Source of the DNA: Podarcis cretensis
Lineage: Eukaryota
NCBI GenBank assembly: GCA_951804945.1
Contig: OX638149.1
Location: 135,966,001-136,030,000 of the forward strand
DNA length: 64,000 bases
Direction: 5' to 3'
The notes under the pieces are model-generated. The model made no database searches, was not told where the DNA came from, and was given only the letters and a program-made list of their open reading frames with translations. Both the position numbers and the translations under genes were made by a program. Positions within the stretch are counted from its first letter, which is position 1. The number at the start of each line of letters is the position of its first letter. Positions 38,261-50,854 of the stretch are shown piece after piece.

Positions 38261-40244
38261 TTGCACTGATCCAAGCAGCCCCAGCACAGCAAGCGCAGGA
38301 CCAAAGGCACCTGGGAAGGATGAGGTGCTGTCACCTCGAGTAACAATAGGCGATGAATGTCATGAAATGCTTGCGCTGGTCTTTGATTTCTACGTGGCTA
38401 GAAAACAGCTGTTGCTCTTCAAAGCGCAGACACTTTTCTCCTTCCAACATTGGCACGGCAACGTTATCCGTTTCGATAGTCGTGCACCTATAAGGCGGAA
38501 TTCATAAATTGGCTTTCGTGGCTTCCCTGGTTTTGCCTGAGATCTGGTGCCTTTGGCCAGCAGATTGCAGGGCGTGTGTTTTTGAGCACCGCAGTAACTC
38601 GCTAACAGGCATATTTTGTTCTCCAGAGATATTAGGCAGATTTAGCAGAAACTAGCAACAGCATTTCTTCTGTTGTCTATGGCATGTCTAGATTGGAGTT
38701 AATTAAGACTCTTTGCTAATGAAAAGAATGGCTTTTCTCCTTCGTTGCTGCAAGAGACTCTTGACATCTCTCTCTAACTTACAGTGCTATCATATAGATA
38801 CAGTAAGTCCTTTTTTGGTCAACTAGGACTTACTCGGATTGCAGCCTAATTGTGAACTGTTGTGTTCCTCAGTAGGATGTGTAATTTAGAGACACGAGCA
38901 GCACCCCAAAGTTGTGGGGAGGAGGGGCAGAAGTTTGTGTTGGTTGTGTGTCTGGGAATTTCACTCTTAGATGAGACTATGAAGTCGTGGCTCTTCTCTT
39001 CCATGCATAGACCATGAGCCAAGTCTGGGGAAAGGGAGACACTGGCTGCTTTTGGTTTTCTCTTCCTTACCTGGATTTGTGGCCTGGATTCTTCCAGTGC
39101 TGCAACAGATGATGCTTTGCCCAATATTGGGAGCACACAACCAAGTAAACTGGGAGCCAGAGGAAAAAATGCACCAGAACTTTCAGTTAAATGCAGCGTT
39201 TTCTGAGGCAGCATTCACATAGAAAGCAAAATTGGAGGGAAGCTAAAGGAGAACTTGAATCTTCATGTACAATATCCATTAATGCACAATGTTGGAGAAA
39301 ACATTCGAGAGCCCAGTTCTGTAATAAGGAAAAAGACATATTCGCTGGAAAAGTCAGGTGAAGGATCTCCATTTTGGCAACCACCGTAACTCACTTTTTG
39401 CATCTTTCTGTGTCTGAACTGGCCACTTTGTAGTCTGAGCATCTCTCACTGGTACCTGTCTCCCCCAGAGCGGGTCTGGGGTGCCCCTATTTTCATCAGA
39501 GAAATGTTGGAGGGTATGGAACAGGTGTGTGAGAAAACTCTCTCGTGTTTCTAACCACATCATTAATCAAAGCCTTTCACCCCTTCCCGTCACTTATAAT
39601 AATTTTGCTAAGTTGTTTAAGGTTGCCACATTTCAACGACCAGAGAAATGTAATACATTAGCATTAGTTAGGTTTGCCTGCCAGGTGTGTGTGTGTTTGT
39701 GTGTGAGAGAGAGAGTGCGTGTTTTAAGACCCACATTTCTTTGAAATCTGCTGTCACACTGTTAAGATGGTGTAACTTAAATAAAACCTAGAACACAGAA
39801 ACAGTGCACTTCTGGGAACCTGGTGTGATAAGGCTACTGTGATTTTAGGGAGCTAAAGCAAAGAACTGTGGGCCTTCAGTATTCAGGCCTGCAAACTCTC
39901 CAATGCCAGAGAACCCGAAGGCTGTCAGCAAAGATGGCCAGAGCTATCCAGCCTCAGGAAGGAGGGGACAGGTTGAATCAGGGACCTGATTTAAACCTGA
40001 AAGGTTAAAATGCATCTTGGTCAGATCCCTAAAACCCTTAAGATTTATCTATGTTTATTGTGAGCAGAAAAATGCTTAAGATCGAGGCTGAATATCTGGT
40101 AGTTTTCACTAGTGGTGCAATCCTGCACACGTATAGTCATTTTCTCCTTGGGCTTGCAGTGTAATTCCTCCAGTTTTTCTCTCTTATAGCCAGCAAAATA
40201 TATTCACATCACTAAAGTCCTTTGTAAAGGAAATATACTGTATA

Positions 40245-40494
40245 CAGCCATACTGTGGTTTTCGACCAGCTTATTTCTCGAATGTTTTGGCTCCCGAACG
40301 CTGCAAAACTGGAAGTGAGTGTTACTGTTTGCAAACTATTTTTGGAAGCCAAACATCCAACAGAACTCCTGTGGCTTCCCATTGGCTGCAGGAGCTTCCT
40401 GCAGCCAATCAGAAGCCGCGCTTTGGTTTCCAAGTGTTTTGGAAGTTGAATGGACTTCTGGAAAAGATTCCATTCGACTTCCGAGGTACGTTTG
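40245..40494. mobile_element. Tc1/mariner MITE (same family as 63069-63289)
   Basis: degenerate TIRs with TA flanks; shared core ctgcagccaatcagaa. Confidence 0.75.
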
Positions 40495-41146
40495 TACTAG
40501 TTTTTAATAAACAGAATGGAATCTGGAGTAGTTTCTTTGAAACTAGTAAGGCAGGCACTCAAGGACCAGTGTTCTGCAGGAACACTTCTGTAGGGTGATT
40601 AGATAATTAAGGAAAAAACAATAACAGCACATTTAAAATTACAGGGCAGGCTACAGATAGTGAATTCAATTGCACTTGGGTGCTAGAGGGTACTTCAGGT
40701 TATCCCAGAGGCTGCTGAACTCCCAAACTCCTCCCCCTGTTTGGTTTCTCCCCCCAATACTGCGCAGTGCCATTCTCTGCCACCATATTCACCCACTTAC
40801 CTGGATGTTTTAAGCTTGCTGACCTTTCCCCAGGAAGGATTCCAGTCAGCTAATGGAACAAGCATCGCCCAGGACAAGCTGCTTGAGTAGTTTCTTCCTG
40901 GCAAAAGTTGCACTGCCAGACTTAAATTAAATAAAAGGGCTCACCCACTCCAGCCAAACTAAATCTCAGTCACCTCATGTAATGGCTGCCCCTCCATGGC
41001 ATTCAATACTATTGCCTTGGAGATAGAAAAAAGAATCTTTGAAACGCCACACTGTCCATGTCTAATGCCTTAATCAGCTCACAATCTAAGACTGTTATGT
41101 TGGCTCTGTCCTGACAGGACGCGAGGTGTATGATAAAGTGGCCAAG

Positions 41147-41246
41147 ATGTTCTCAGAAGCCTTTTTAGCTGTTCTGCTGTGCACAACGCTGGCTCCTCTC
41201 CATGCTCAAAATGATGATGATGTTGCTGCAGCTTCGTCCTGTGCAG
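41147..41246 (+). CDS. COL6A2: COL6A2 exon 2 coding part, signal peptide MFSEAFLAVLLCTTLAPLHAQNDDDVAAASSCA (exon starts 41118)
   Basis: gccaagATG context, hydrophobic core ending LHA-Q, acceptor cag| at 41117, donor |gtaaaa. Confidence 0.9.
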
Positions 41247-42087
41247 GTAAAAGCACAATCTTTAAAACTCTGCCTTCTCCCTTGTCTTTTCTTTTGGCCT
41301 CCTCTTTCCTATCCCTATGGAAAATTACTTTTCTTCTTTGCTTGGCTCACAGTGGCTAACTTATTCCTTTCCATCTCACCTCACTGACCACCACTATTAC
41401 TTACTTGGAACCTCATTTTCCACTTTGTCACCCATTTATTCGATTTGGAGCTTCACTGAGAGATAGTGGTGAACTTTACACACATATAAAAAGCACTGTG
41501 AAAATGCTTTTTCAAAAAAAGGTTTTGAAAAATACATTGAATTTTGCATAGTTCACTGTCGCCATCTAGTGCCACATCTGTATATTGCACTTTGCAACAC
41601 ATTTAAAATCTTTATTCACAGCTGTATAGCTGAGTCCAGGGAGTCTCCTTCTGCTGGCAGAATGAAGCCACTTCCTGTGACTTGTAAACTATTAATCAAT
41701 GCAGGCCCTCTTTTGTAGCCACAGCACACTGCTAACTCACATTCAGTTTGTGACTGACTATAATCCCAAGCAGTGCTATTTTTCTCGAAAAAGAGCTGCC
41801 GGAGCTCTCCAAGAACACCTCCCTTGTTCTCTTGTGATGGCAATGGCGCCCACCTGAGAGGGGCTGGGACTGTGTTCCAGCAAGTTCTGACGGGGGGGAA
41901 AGCCCTGATCCCAAGTTGAATTCAAGGTTGAGCTCCAAGCCAGGTATTTCCTATCCTATGCCCTGAGGATGTGATTATTTTTAAAGGCACAAGTCCAAAG
42001 TGTTCAGGCCTCATAGGGACCTCTGAGAAGCCTTGGTATGACTGATGTGGTTGCATCAGCAAACTTTTCTTTGCTGTTTCTATACAG

Positions 42088-42707
42088 ATCAAACTGACTG
42101 TCCCATCAGGGTATATTTTGTGATTGACACATCTGAGAGTATTGCGCTGCAGACTGCACCTTTGGGGATTATAGTGACCCATATGAAGAGCTTCATCCCT
42201 GAATTCATCACAAAGCTGGAGAATGAGCTCTACCAGAGTCAAGTGTCCATCAACTGGCAATTTGCAGGACTTCATTTTTCAGATGTGGTGAAAATATACA
42301 GCGAGTTCACTAACAGCAAGACGATCTACCGTGATCGGTTGGAGAGTGTTCAATACATTGGTCGGGGCACCTTCACAGATTGTGCTATCTCCAACATGAC
42401 AGCACAGATCCTGGCCAATCCATCCCCTGGGGCTGTCAATTACGCCATTGTGATCACTGATGGCCATGTGACAGGGAGTCCCTGTGGAGGGATGAAGCTG
42501 CAAGCTGAAAGAGCCCGAGACGCAGGGATCAGGCTCTTTGCAGTGGCCCCCAGCCACAACATCTTTGAGCAAGGGCTGCGAGAGATTGCCAACCCCCCGC
42601 TGGAGCTTTACCGTAGCAATTACGCCATCACAAAGATGGACCCAATCAGAAAAGAATCAACCACCGAGATAGATACCAATACCATTGATAGGATCATCCA
42701 AGTTATG
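42088..42707 (+). CDS. COL6A2: COL6A2 exon 3, VWA N1 domain (DQTDCPIRVYFVIDTSESIALQ...DRIIQVM)
   Basis: 620 bp; DTSES, GRGTFTDCA and VITDGHVTGSPCGG motifs diagnostic for alpha2(VI). Confidence 0.97.
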
Positions 42708-43298
42708 GTAAGAATGGATCTCTCTCGGGTGAGGGTGGGGGGAATAATGCAATTTCTTGAAATACTATTTAGCTTCAGGCAGTTTGCATTGTCCAGGCTG
42801 GATATCAAAGCAGAAGCTTTATAGATTTTAATTAAATTTCTATCCTGCCCTCCCACCCAAAGGAGCCTAGCTGCTCCAAAGTACAAGAAATGCCCTTCCA
42901 AGCTCCCAGTAACCAACTAAGAGCCAGTGGTCATTGAGGCTTCCTAGATTTATGGGCTTGCTGCATCATTAATTTAGGCATAATACCAAGCATGCAGCAT
43001 TCTTAAAACCTGTAGTGTGATAAAATTATTCAGCTCAGTCCTTTAGCTGGAAGCCATCCAACCACAATTGGAGTAAAAACTATCCCTGGATTTCCACAGC
43101 CCCACATTCGGCCAGAGTTCTAGGCTGCCGTCCTCACTTGGGGGTTGCACGATCTGTACATGCCTTGGGGTGTGCCTGGCCCTACCAGCCTGGTGTCCCC
43201 CTTGGTTGCAGTGGCTGGGGAATGAGCCAAGCCTCCTGCCTCTGGGTTAGAGTGGTGCTGCTGAAATGAGGAGGAGCCCACCTTTTCCCCCCAGCTCT

Positions 43299-43839
43299 TA
43301 TTATTCTGGGGAAGTCTGGTAAGGGTAAACTACCAGTTGGGGGAGCCCAGCCAATGCGGATCGACTTGAGGGCCCCTGGGTTCCCGACGGGCTTTGGAGG
43401 AGATCCACACCCCCAGATTCCTTTAATGGAATACCCTTATTCATGGAGGGGCAGGTGATGGCCACACCTCTCCTCCCCCTCACATTGCTATTCCAATGCC
43501 TACCCGCCAAACCTTACAAAGTTGTGACAATTGCTATGAGGTAGGCAAAAGCCAAGTGGCTGGTGCCAATTTGCCAAGTGGAAAAAGTCCTACCAGGCCC
43601 CTCAACGGCAACCAACCGAAGTCCATAGCAAGACCAATGACGCAACCTGGAAAAGGGTGGGAGATCCTCAGCGCGAGGCTGAAAGGGAAGCCTCAGAGTC
43701 GCACCACGGCTTAAATTGGCCCCGGCCACACACCCAAGCAACCTGATTGGCCGCCTGGCAACCTGACGTGGCCGGGGTCCCCCTAGTGTGATGCGGGTCG
43801 CTGTCCTGCTCCCACGCTGAGGCAGGAGGCTAGGTGACA
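43299..43839 (-). mobile_element. probable solo LTR, antisense in COL6A2 intron 3
   Basis: flanked by direct repeat agctct; minus strand begins tgtca and contains CCAAT, atttaag and ATTAAA. Confidence 0.5.
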
Positions 43840-44139
43840 AGCTCTAGGAGCAAGCAAAAGAGGGCAGAAGCAAGGAGGTAAAGGAGAGCCATCCACAATC
43901 ACTGAAATGTCCCTCCCTGATTTTTCAGAGAACATGCACACAAGCATTTATTTGCAAGGATACAAACTGGAGAGTTGCTTTTAACAAGGGAGGGGCTGAG
44001 GTGCCTCATGAATGATGCCCAGGTGAGGTGCCAAAATCCATGTTTGCCCAGAGGACACAGAGAGAATATGCAAGAGGAAAGAGCTGTCTCAGTTTTCTTC
44101 TTCCTAGTTAATTTTTAAAAATCTTTTTTCTCCCAACAG

Positions 44140-44160
44140 AAACACGAAGCCTATGGAGAG
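44140..44160 (+). CDS. COL6A2: COL6A2 exon 4, KHEAYGE
   Basis: 21 bp, cag| and |gtaagt. Confidence 0.95.
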
Positions 44161-44295
44161 GTAAGTACAGGTTCTTTCCCGAATAACAGCATTTCAATTG
44201 TTGACAAAATTAGAGTGCTCAAAAGAGCAACTGGAGCTCCATAGAAGGGCAGCAGTACCCAGGCATATTTACTTAGGACTATTCTATTTAACTTA

Positions 44296-44656
44296 GGGAC
44301 GCAGGTGGCGCTGTGGGTTAAAGCCTCAGCGCCTAGGACTTGCCAATCGAAAGGTCGGCAGTTCGAATCCCTGCGGCGGGGTGCGCTCCCGCTGCTCGGT
44401 CCCAGCGCCTGCCAACCTAGCAGTTCGAAAGCACCTCCAGGTGCAAGTAGATAAATAGGGACCGCTTACCAGCGGGAAGGTAAACGGCGTTTCCGTGTGC
44501 GACTCTGGCTCGCCAGAGCAGCGATGTCACGCTGGCCACGTGACCCGGAAGTGTCTCCGGACAGCGCTGGCCCCTGGCCTCTTAAGTGAGATGGGCGCAC
44601 AACCCCAGAGTCTGTCAAGACTGGCCCATATGGGCAGGGGTACCTTTACCTTTACT
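44296..44656 (+). mobile_element. Sauria SINE, full length
   Basis: A/B-box head, (ACCTTT)n tail, 16-bp TSD tattctatttaactta. Confidence 0.93.
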
Positions 44657-45344
44657 TATTCTATTTAACTTAGTGGAAGTTATTTTAAATAAAACATCTA
44701 CAGGAGTGGGCCGCAAATTTGCCTAATTCCATAGGCCTCTTCAGGCATTTATGATGCACAAGGGGAAGATGGGGAGAGCAGGCTGCCTAGACTACCTTAA
44801 GGTGGTGTGAATTCTCCCAGCCCCTCACCCGAACTGCAGTGGGAGGTGTGGGGGTTTTGTGCCCATGGAGGCTCCCAGGGCTTCTGAGCTGCACAGGAAG
44901 CCTCTGTGGATACGAAAAGTTTCTGCTACAGATGTTCCCTGTTACCACGTGAGGGGTCTGGAGGGAGGGTTAGCTGTGTTCTCCTTGAGCACAATAATAC
45001 CTGGCACATATTGTTTGCTTTAACTGCTGCTACAGACTTCTTAACAAATTGTTCTGTGAATGAGAAAGAGAGGGTTACACAAAGCCAAATTCAGCAGGCG
45101 TCCAGTTCATACTGCAAAATCCTAGGGGAATGAAACACATTTTGCCCACCTAGCAAGAGACCACAAAGTTCTGGTAGCAGATCTTAGCCTCACCTCTGGG
45201 AAATGGGGCAGAGTCCCCAGAGTCATTCAGTGGACCTCTGGGATTCATTAGATTTGGGGTCTCTTTATTTTGATCACAGTGTAGAAATTTAATCAACTTC
45301 TCAGCTATGAAAGTTCATTTAATTTTTGTTTGGATTTATTTCAG

Positions 45345-45410
45345 TGCTACAAAATGAGCTGCCTAGAAATTGCAGGCCCACCTGGCCCAAAGGGGTTTCG
45401 GGGACAAAAG
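45345..45410 (+). CDS. COL6A2: COL6A2 exon 5, [22 protein letters not shown] (helix start)
   Basis: 66 bp, canonical sites. Confidence 0.96.
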
Positions 45411-45499
45411 GTAAGTAGAATGGTATAGTTCAATCTGGTAGTGATTCCTAACCCAGGGGCCACAAACCACCGGTTGGGGGGTACAGAGTTATCCTAAGG

Positions 45500-47285
45500 C
45501 AGTGCTAGCAAACCTATGGCACGCAGAGCCCTCTCTGTGGACACTTGCGCCATCGCCCCATCAGGTCCGTTTTTTGTGGTTTGCAAAGGTGACAGCCACA
45601 GTGGGCGGGAAACACTCCGTATAGTGCGCGCCAGCCACAGCGGCATCAGGGGGGGGGAGAGTTGAGCACACACACACCCCTACGCCAATGTGAGCCGGAA
45701 ACGCTCCCCAGAGTTTCGCGCCCACCACCAGCTGGTAGGCCCCAGCTGTGGCTGCAATGGGACGCTCATTTTGTGGCGAGCCCTGCTATTTTCTCACCCA
45801 TCACGGGCTGCCCTGCAGGGAGAGGCAGTGGCGCTGCCCACACAGTTGCCGGAGGACAAAGTTTTGTGTAGGGAAGAGTGAGAGAAAAGGGGGCAGTTGC
45901 TCCTTTCCTGAGAAGGTGGAGCCTGAGGGCAGAGAGTGTGGGGTAGTTGCGGGGTGGATGGGAAAGGTGCCTTCGAAGTGCCCGGCGGAGCTTTCACTCA
46001 TTTCTCTGGGGACGTTTCTGCACAAAGTTGCGCACGGTTGCGCTGCGCGAGACATGGAAACACGGCCTCGTCATCATCATTTTTTAATTTGTATACCGTC
46101 TTTCTATCTTACAATACTCAAGGCGGTTTACAAGCTGAAGAAACAAGAAATGGACATCTTATAACAATCTAATGCAATAATAAAACTATAATATAAGCAA
46201 CCAACATCAAAAAAGTAACATTCAATAGGTGGAAAGAGGCCTGATGGAGTCTCTCCCCTCACAGTTCTTCCTCCAGGCCTGCTCTCTCACGTGTGCTTGA
46301 ATTCTGCACAGCTCATCTCCTCCTGAGCAAACCTTTCCTGGGGCGGCGCTAAGCAGCCTGTGCTCCAGGAAGATGTTAAGCCCTCCTGTCTTTCCACCTG
46401 GAAAGTACTCTAAAGCAATGAGGACAAGCCAGGTGGGGGCTTGAGTCCCAGCAGTCGCAGTGAGTGGTGGCACTTTCCCTCCTCCAGGCCTGGTGGGGTT
46501 TGAACTCACCTTTTTCTGCTGCTCAGCCAAGCACCCAACCAGGTTGCTGTTGTGACTGTGTAAGCCTTCGTTGCTTCTCTTGGCCTTAGCAAAAAATAAA
46601 ATTAAAGCACCCCGAGGAGAGGGGAACCTTGTGTCCCAGAGTGCTATGTTGTTCTGCGAGACCAAGGTTGTGAAGAGCATAAGGAAATTCAGATACCTGC
46701 CATAGTCAAGAATGGGGGAAAGTAGGCCAATTGCTGGATGTAACGCTATTGCGGCCATCCCTCCTGGCTTGGTAACACGCAAGATACAGCAGTGGTTCCA
46801 CAAGACCGTATTTCTCACTCCCTGCCCCCAATAATGCAAATATAGGATTCTTCCTTTCAGCACTAGGGCAGAGAGCAAAGACCACTTTTTAAAACCACTC
46901 CAAGTTTCTGAAAGTTATTCAAGCCTTTGAATTGCCTCTTAAGTAACATGTACGGAAACGCCGTTTACCTTCCCACTGGAGCTGTACCTATTTATCTACT
47001 TGCACTTTGACGTGCTTTCAAACTGCTAGGTTGGCAGGAGCAGGGACCGAGCAATGGGAGCTCACCCCGTCGTGGGGATTCGAACCGCCGACCTTCTGAT
47101 CGGCAAGTCCTAGGCTCTGTGGTTTAACCCACAGCGCCACCCGCATCCCTAACGCTGGGGTACTCCTCCCAGAAAAAGCTCAACAACTCTCCCCGCATTA
47201 TCCCCCAGATTGCCACTTTGCGATAAATCAGTGGGTTTTGGGTTGCAGTTAGGGCACTTGGTCTCCAAAAGGTTCGCTACCACTG
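45500..47285. mobile_element. 1.8-kb non-autonomous hAT element with nested inserts
   Basis: TIRs cagtgctagcaaacct / aggttcgctaccactg; perfect 8-bp TSD tcctaagg. Confidence 0.8.
46951..47149 (-). mobile_element. Sauria SINE 5' half, nested in the hAT element
   Basis: matches the SINE head and middle. Confidence 0.88.
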
Positions 47286-47547
47286 TCCTAAGGGGTCTTG
47301 GCAGAAACAGTCTCTCCCCTCCCCACTCCTGACAGGAGTGCAGAAACTGTCTTCCAGGACTTAGCAAAAGCTTCCTTTGAAGCAGGCTTCCTCCCTCCTT
47401 GTAGCAGGTAGGCAGGGGCTACTCCCACAAAGAAAATGCCCCTGGACAAAACTCCACTTTTGGACAAAGTGCAGGTGACTACTACTGGGCTGCAGAGTGT
47501 TAAATGATTAGACCAATTGTTCTTTCACTGGTCAATGTGTATAATCA

Positions 47548-47685
47548 CACACTCTCCAACATTTCTCTGATGAAAATAGGGACATCCTAAGGAAAAACGG
47601 GACCAATTGGGATCAAATCAGAAACCGGGATGGCTTCTCTAAATCAAAGACGTCCCTGGAAAATAGCGACCCTTGGGGAGGTCTG
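47548..47685. mobile_element. short DNA-transposon-like MITE (related end at approx. 39480-39520)
   Basis: ctccaacatttctctgatgaaaataggg end, found in reverse at 39485-39518; imperfect TIRs. Confidence 0.5.
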
Positions 47686-48543
47686 TAATAACTAGCCATT
47701 GTGCACATTCACTCAGCCTTATGGAGAATGTGCCCATAATCCTTCTATGAACAGGGAATTTTGTACATTTCCCAGCTAGTATGCATAATCTCCAACAGCC
47801 TGTAGGAAATGTGCATATACTGACAGAATTGTGTGCCTTTACAAGTGTGAGGAACCTCCTTTTAACCTCAAATATTTCTGAAGATTCCTACGTGCCAATT
47901 GTTATAATTTAAGTCTCTGTTAATTAAGAAAATACATGATGTGGGGGGGTGTTTATGAACCCAGCAATGCTTTTAAATGAATCTGCAAATGTGCCAAAAT
48001 CAAAGAAGGCTGCAAAAATTCATTTATTTCCCCCATGTAAGTTATTAATTCCAAAGTATTAAATATTCATTCATTCATTTCCCCAATATACCCACTGATC
48101 AGCCCAATTAATCAGCTCAAAAGGTATGAAATATACACTTCAATTATAATTACAAATATATTTATTCATTTTCCCAGTTTATCCAGTGATCAACAACCCA
48201 ATTAATCAACCCAATTAAACAGAATACAGCTTTATTTATTTTTGTGGGGATCAAAGGATTAAATATGTTCTTCCCTCTCAGTGCAGTCCTGATCTTGACT
48301 CCCCCCCCCCACACACACACACTGTAAGTTGGGGAAGAACAACAACAAAAAGCTGATATAAGGTAGTACCCTTTGAGATGGAAAAAGTTAAAGAGACATT
48401 GTTATTTCCTTCCAAATTTCCATGAGGGGTTGCCTAGCACAAACATTTTTGTCCCTGAAAACTGCTGAAATTGCCCTTCTATTACAGTGGGGGAAATGCA
48501 AGACATACTGCTTGAATTTGTTTTATTTTTTATTTGCTTTTAG

Positions 48544-48597
48544 GGTGCAAAGGGCAACATGGGGGTGCCAGGTGTTCCTGGGCTAAAAGGACGACAG
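48544..48597 (+). CDS. COL6A2: COL6A2 exon 6, GAKGNMGVPGVPGLKGRQ
   Basis: 54-bp Gly-X-Y exon, canonical sites. Confidence 0.95.
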
Positions 48598-49043
48598 GTG
48601 AGTAGCTGAAAAAAATAGGAGGACTCCCTTCCCACTCCATTAGCCACTGGGGTGAGTTTTGACATTGAATATTTAAATGTTCAGGATCATATGGAGTAAT
48701 ATTCCAATTTGAACACCTGTTTAGGGGTTGATATTTAACCAAATCAGACTGTGATCCTTGAAACTGCTAAAGCAGCATATTGAAACCTCTCTTTAAAACA
48801 ATGTCCAAGTATCTTAGCGGTTTCATTTCACCATTATAAAACAGAAGTAGTAAAACTTCAGTGTCTGCCTCTTGCAGTAATGAAGGACATAATGATTTGA
48901 AAATCTCTAAGAGGGTAATCCTGTACATGTCCTTTCCAAAGCTCAGTGGGACTTACTCCCGAATAAATGTGTATAGGATGGCAGTCTTAATATACTGTTT
49001 AAATTATTGCAACTAATAATGCTGTTTGTCTTTTTAAATATAG

Positions 49044-49088
49044 GGTGACCCAGGAATTGAAGGTCCAATTGGATATCCAGGTCCCAAG
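49044..49088 (+). CDS. COL6A2: COL6A2 exon 7, GDPGIEGPIGYPGPK
   Basis: 45 bp, canonical sites. Confidence 0.95.
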
Positions 49089-49789
49089 GTAAAAGATTTG
49101 CGTCTGTTTATCCTTCTGCCATATTTTTTTTTTTTTCCATTTTAGCGGCTCACCAGTTGTCGGATTAACCCTTCATCTGGGGCCACAATGTTTGACCCAG
49201 AGGCACTCAGAGGACAGGGGAAAGGCAACCGGCTACTAGTGCAAAGGACTAGTGGTAGAAAATGCCATGTGGTGAAAACTTCACACCTGCAGCATTGATG
49301 AAGCATCCAGACCACGAGGTTGACTGCCGCGGACGAGTGCCGGAAGCAGAAGCAACTTGCCTGGCTTGGCTGGGGAAAGCAGGGCTAGCCATAGCTGCAC
49401 TGGTTGGGGCTGTTTGTCTGTTGGATTATATATATAGCTAGCATATAGTTATATATAATCCAATATAATATAATAAGGCCAATAGGTTGTGTGTTATTAT
49501 TTAAATTATGAATATTGAGGCTGTCAGCATGGGCATTTGGTGTCTGTATTAATGTGAAACACTATTCTGCCCAGTCACTACCGGCCCTTGTCTAAAATGT
49601 TTTGGATGCATAGTTTTCCAAGTAATTGATGATGGCTTAATGCCCTTACACTTTGCAGAGAGTCCCTAAAATAAATTCTTTCTGTAAATTCTGTCAGGCA
49701 AAAGGGACATGGGCCTGCATGAATAGAGGCTTTTGATGGTACTTCTGGGTAATAAAAGTTCTGCTTCATTGCAAACAAATATGTCTTAT

Positions 49790-49796
49790 TTATCTA

Positions 49797-49836
<40 letters not shown>
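49790..49836. repeat. (TATC)n microsatellite
   Basis: directly visible. Confidence 0.95.
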
Positions 49837-49837
<1 letters not shown>

Positions 49838-49982
49838 CTAGAAACCACTTAGAACTTTTTCAGGAAATATATGATCATATATACATGAAATATATGATAC
49901 TATATCAAAGCCAGAACTCTAAATCAATGTCACACGTATCAACAAACATTAACACAATGTACATTTTTTGTTCCTTCTATAG

Positions 49983-50009
49983 GGTATTCATGGTCTAAAA
50001 GGAGAAAAG
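49983..50009 (+). CDS. COL6A2: COL6A2 exon 8, GIHGLKGEK
   Basis: 27 bp, canonical sites. Confidence 0.93.
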
Positions 50010-50692
50010 GTAAGCTATTTTATATACTACATTCAGAAAATTATGGGACGCATATTGTGATTTTATTCAAAGCAGCCAAAATGTCACAAGATTAGTGGCA
50101 AGCTTTCAAGTGCTCCAGAACTCTTCATCTAGTGAGGTGTTTTACAAAAGAGGAGGGGAGGGGGAAAATAAGAAAAGCACGGAGATTGGACCTCCCAGCT
50201 GGAGCCCAGAGCCAGGAGGCCCAGCTGCAGCCTCAGTTCCAAGGTGGAAATTGTAGACAGATTAAATCTCCGCAAAGGATGGTGGAGAAATTTAAATCTG
50301 AATCTGTCAGATTTGCACTTTCTGAAACTATATGTGAACTGGAACACAGCTATCCTTTAAAATTCACACTTATCTGAATTCTGTGATGCTGTTTTCCAAC
50401 AAAACAATGCTTTCCTGGGGGAAAGTGTCCATAATTATTAGTGTATAATATATTCTTGTAAACAGTATACAAAATGCATTCTGTGAGGGGAAACTGCTTG
50501 TTCAGATTGCTTAAATATCTAGGGAGGTCTTTGCATGTAATCTTGTTTGCTAGCTTTTGGATCATAATCAATTCAGTAACAAAGAATTATATATATATAT
50601 ATATATTCCATTCTGTTCTGCCAGCGTGGCTGATTTTAATAGGCTTGACTCAACATTGTTTGCTCCCCCCCCCCCCTTTCTTGTGTTTGCAG

Positions 50693-50719
50693 GGAGAGTT
50701 TGGAGGAGATGGACGAAAG
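50693..50719 (+). CDS. COL6A2: COL6A2 exon 9, GEFGGDGRK
   Basis: 27 bp, canonical sites. Confidence 0.93.
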
Positions 50720-50809
50720 GTAAAGGCAAATCCTGGATTGCTACCTCTTATTCCAGCTCCGCTTTCCTGATGAGAGCAGCTTTCTCATGCTCTGCTTCTT
50801 TTGTTTCAG

Positions 50810-50854
50810 GGGGCTTTTGGCTTGTTTGGACGGAACGGCACAAGTGGGCAAAAG
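50810..50854 (+). CDS. COL6A2: COL6A2 exon 10, GAFGLFGRNGTSGQK
   Basis: 45 bp, canonical sites, NGT sequon. Confidence 0.93.

Noticed and set aside
37327-38346. Several long overlapping ORFs (up to 290 aa) on both strands
   Set aside because: Stop-poor GC-rich CpG island plus a MITE; Arg/Pro/Ala-rich low-complexity translations with no recognisable domain.
46222-46878. 218-aa minus-strand ORF inside the hAT element as a possible transposase
   Set aside because: Non-ATG start; no BED finger, DDE or hAT dimerisation motifs visible.
49125-49410. Poly-T-flanked segment with some CpGs, possibly a retrocopy or ncRNA
   Set aside because: No TSD, ORF or RNA-family motif I could recognise; needs a database search.
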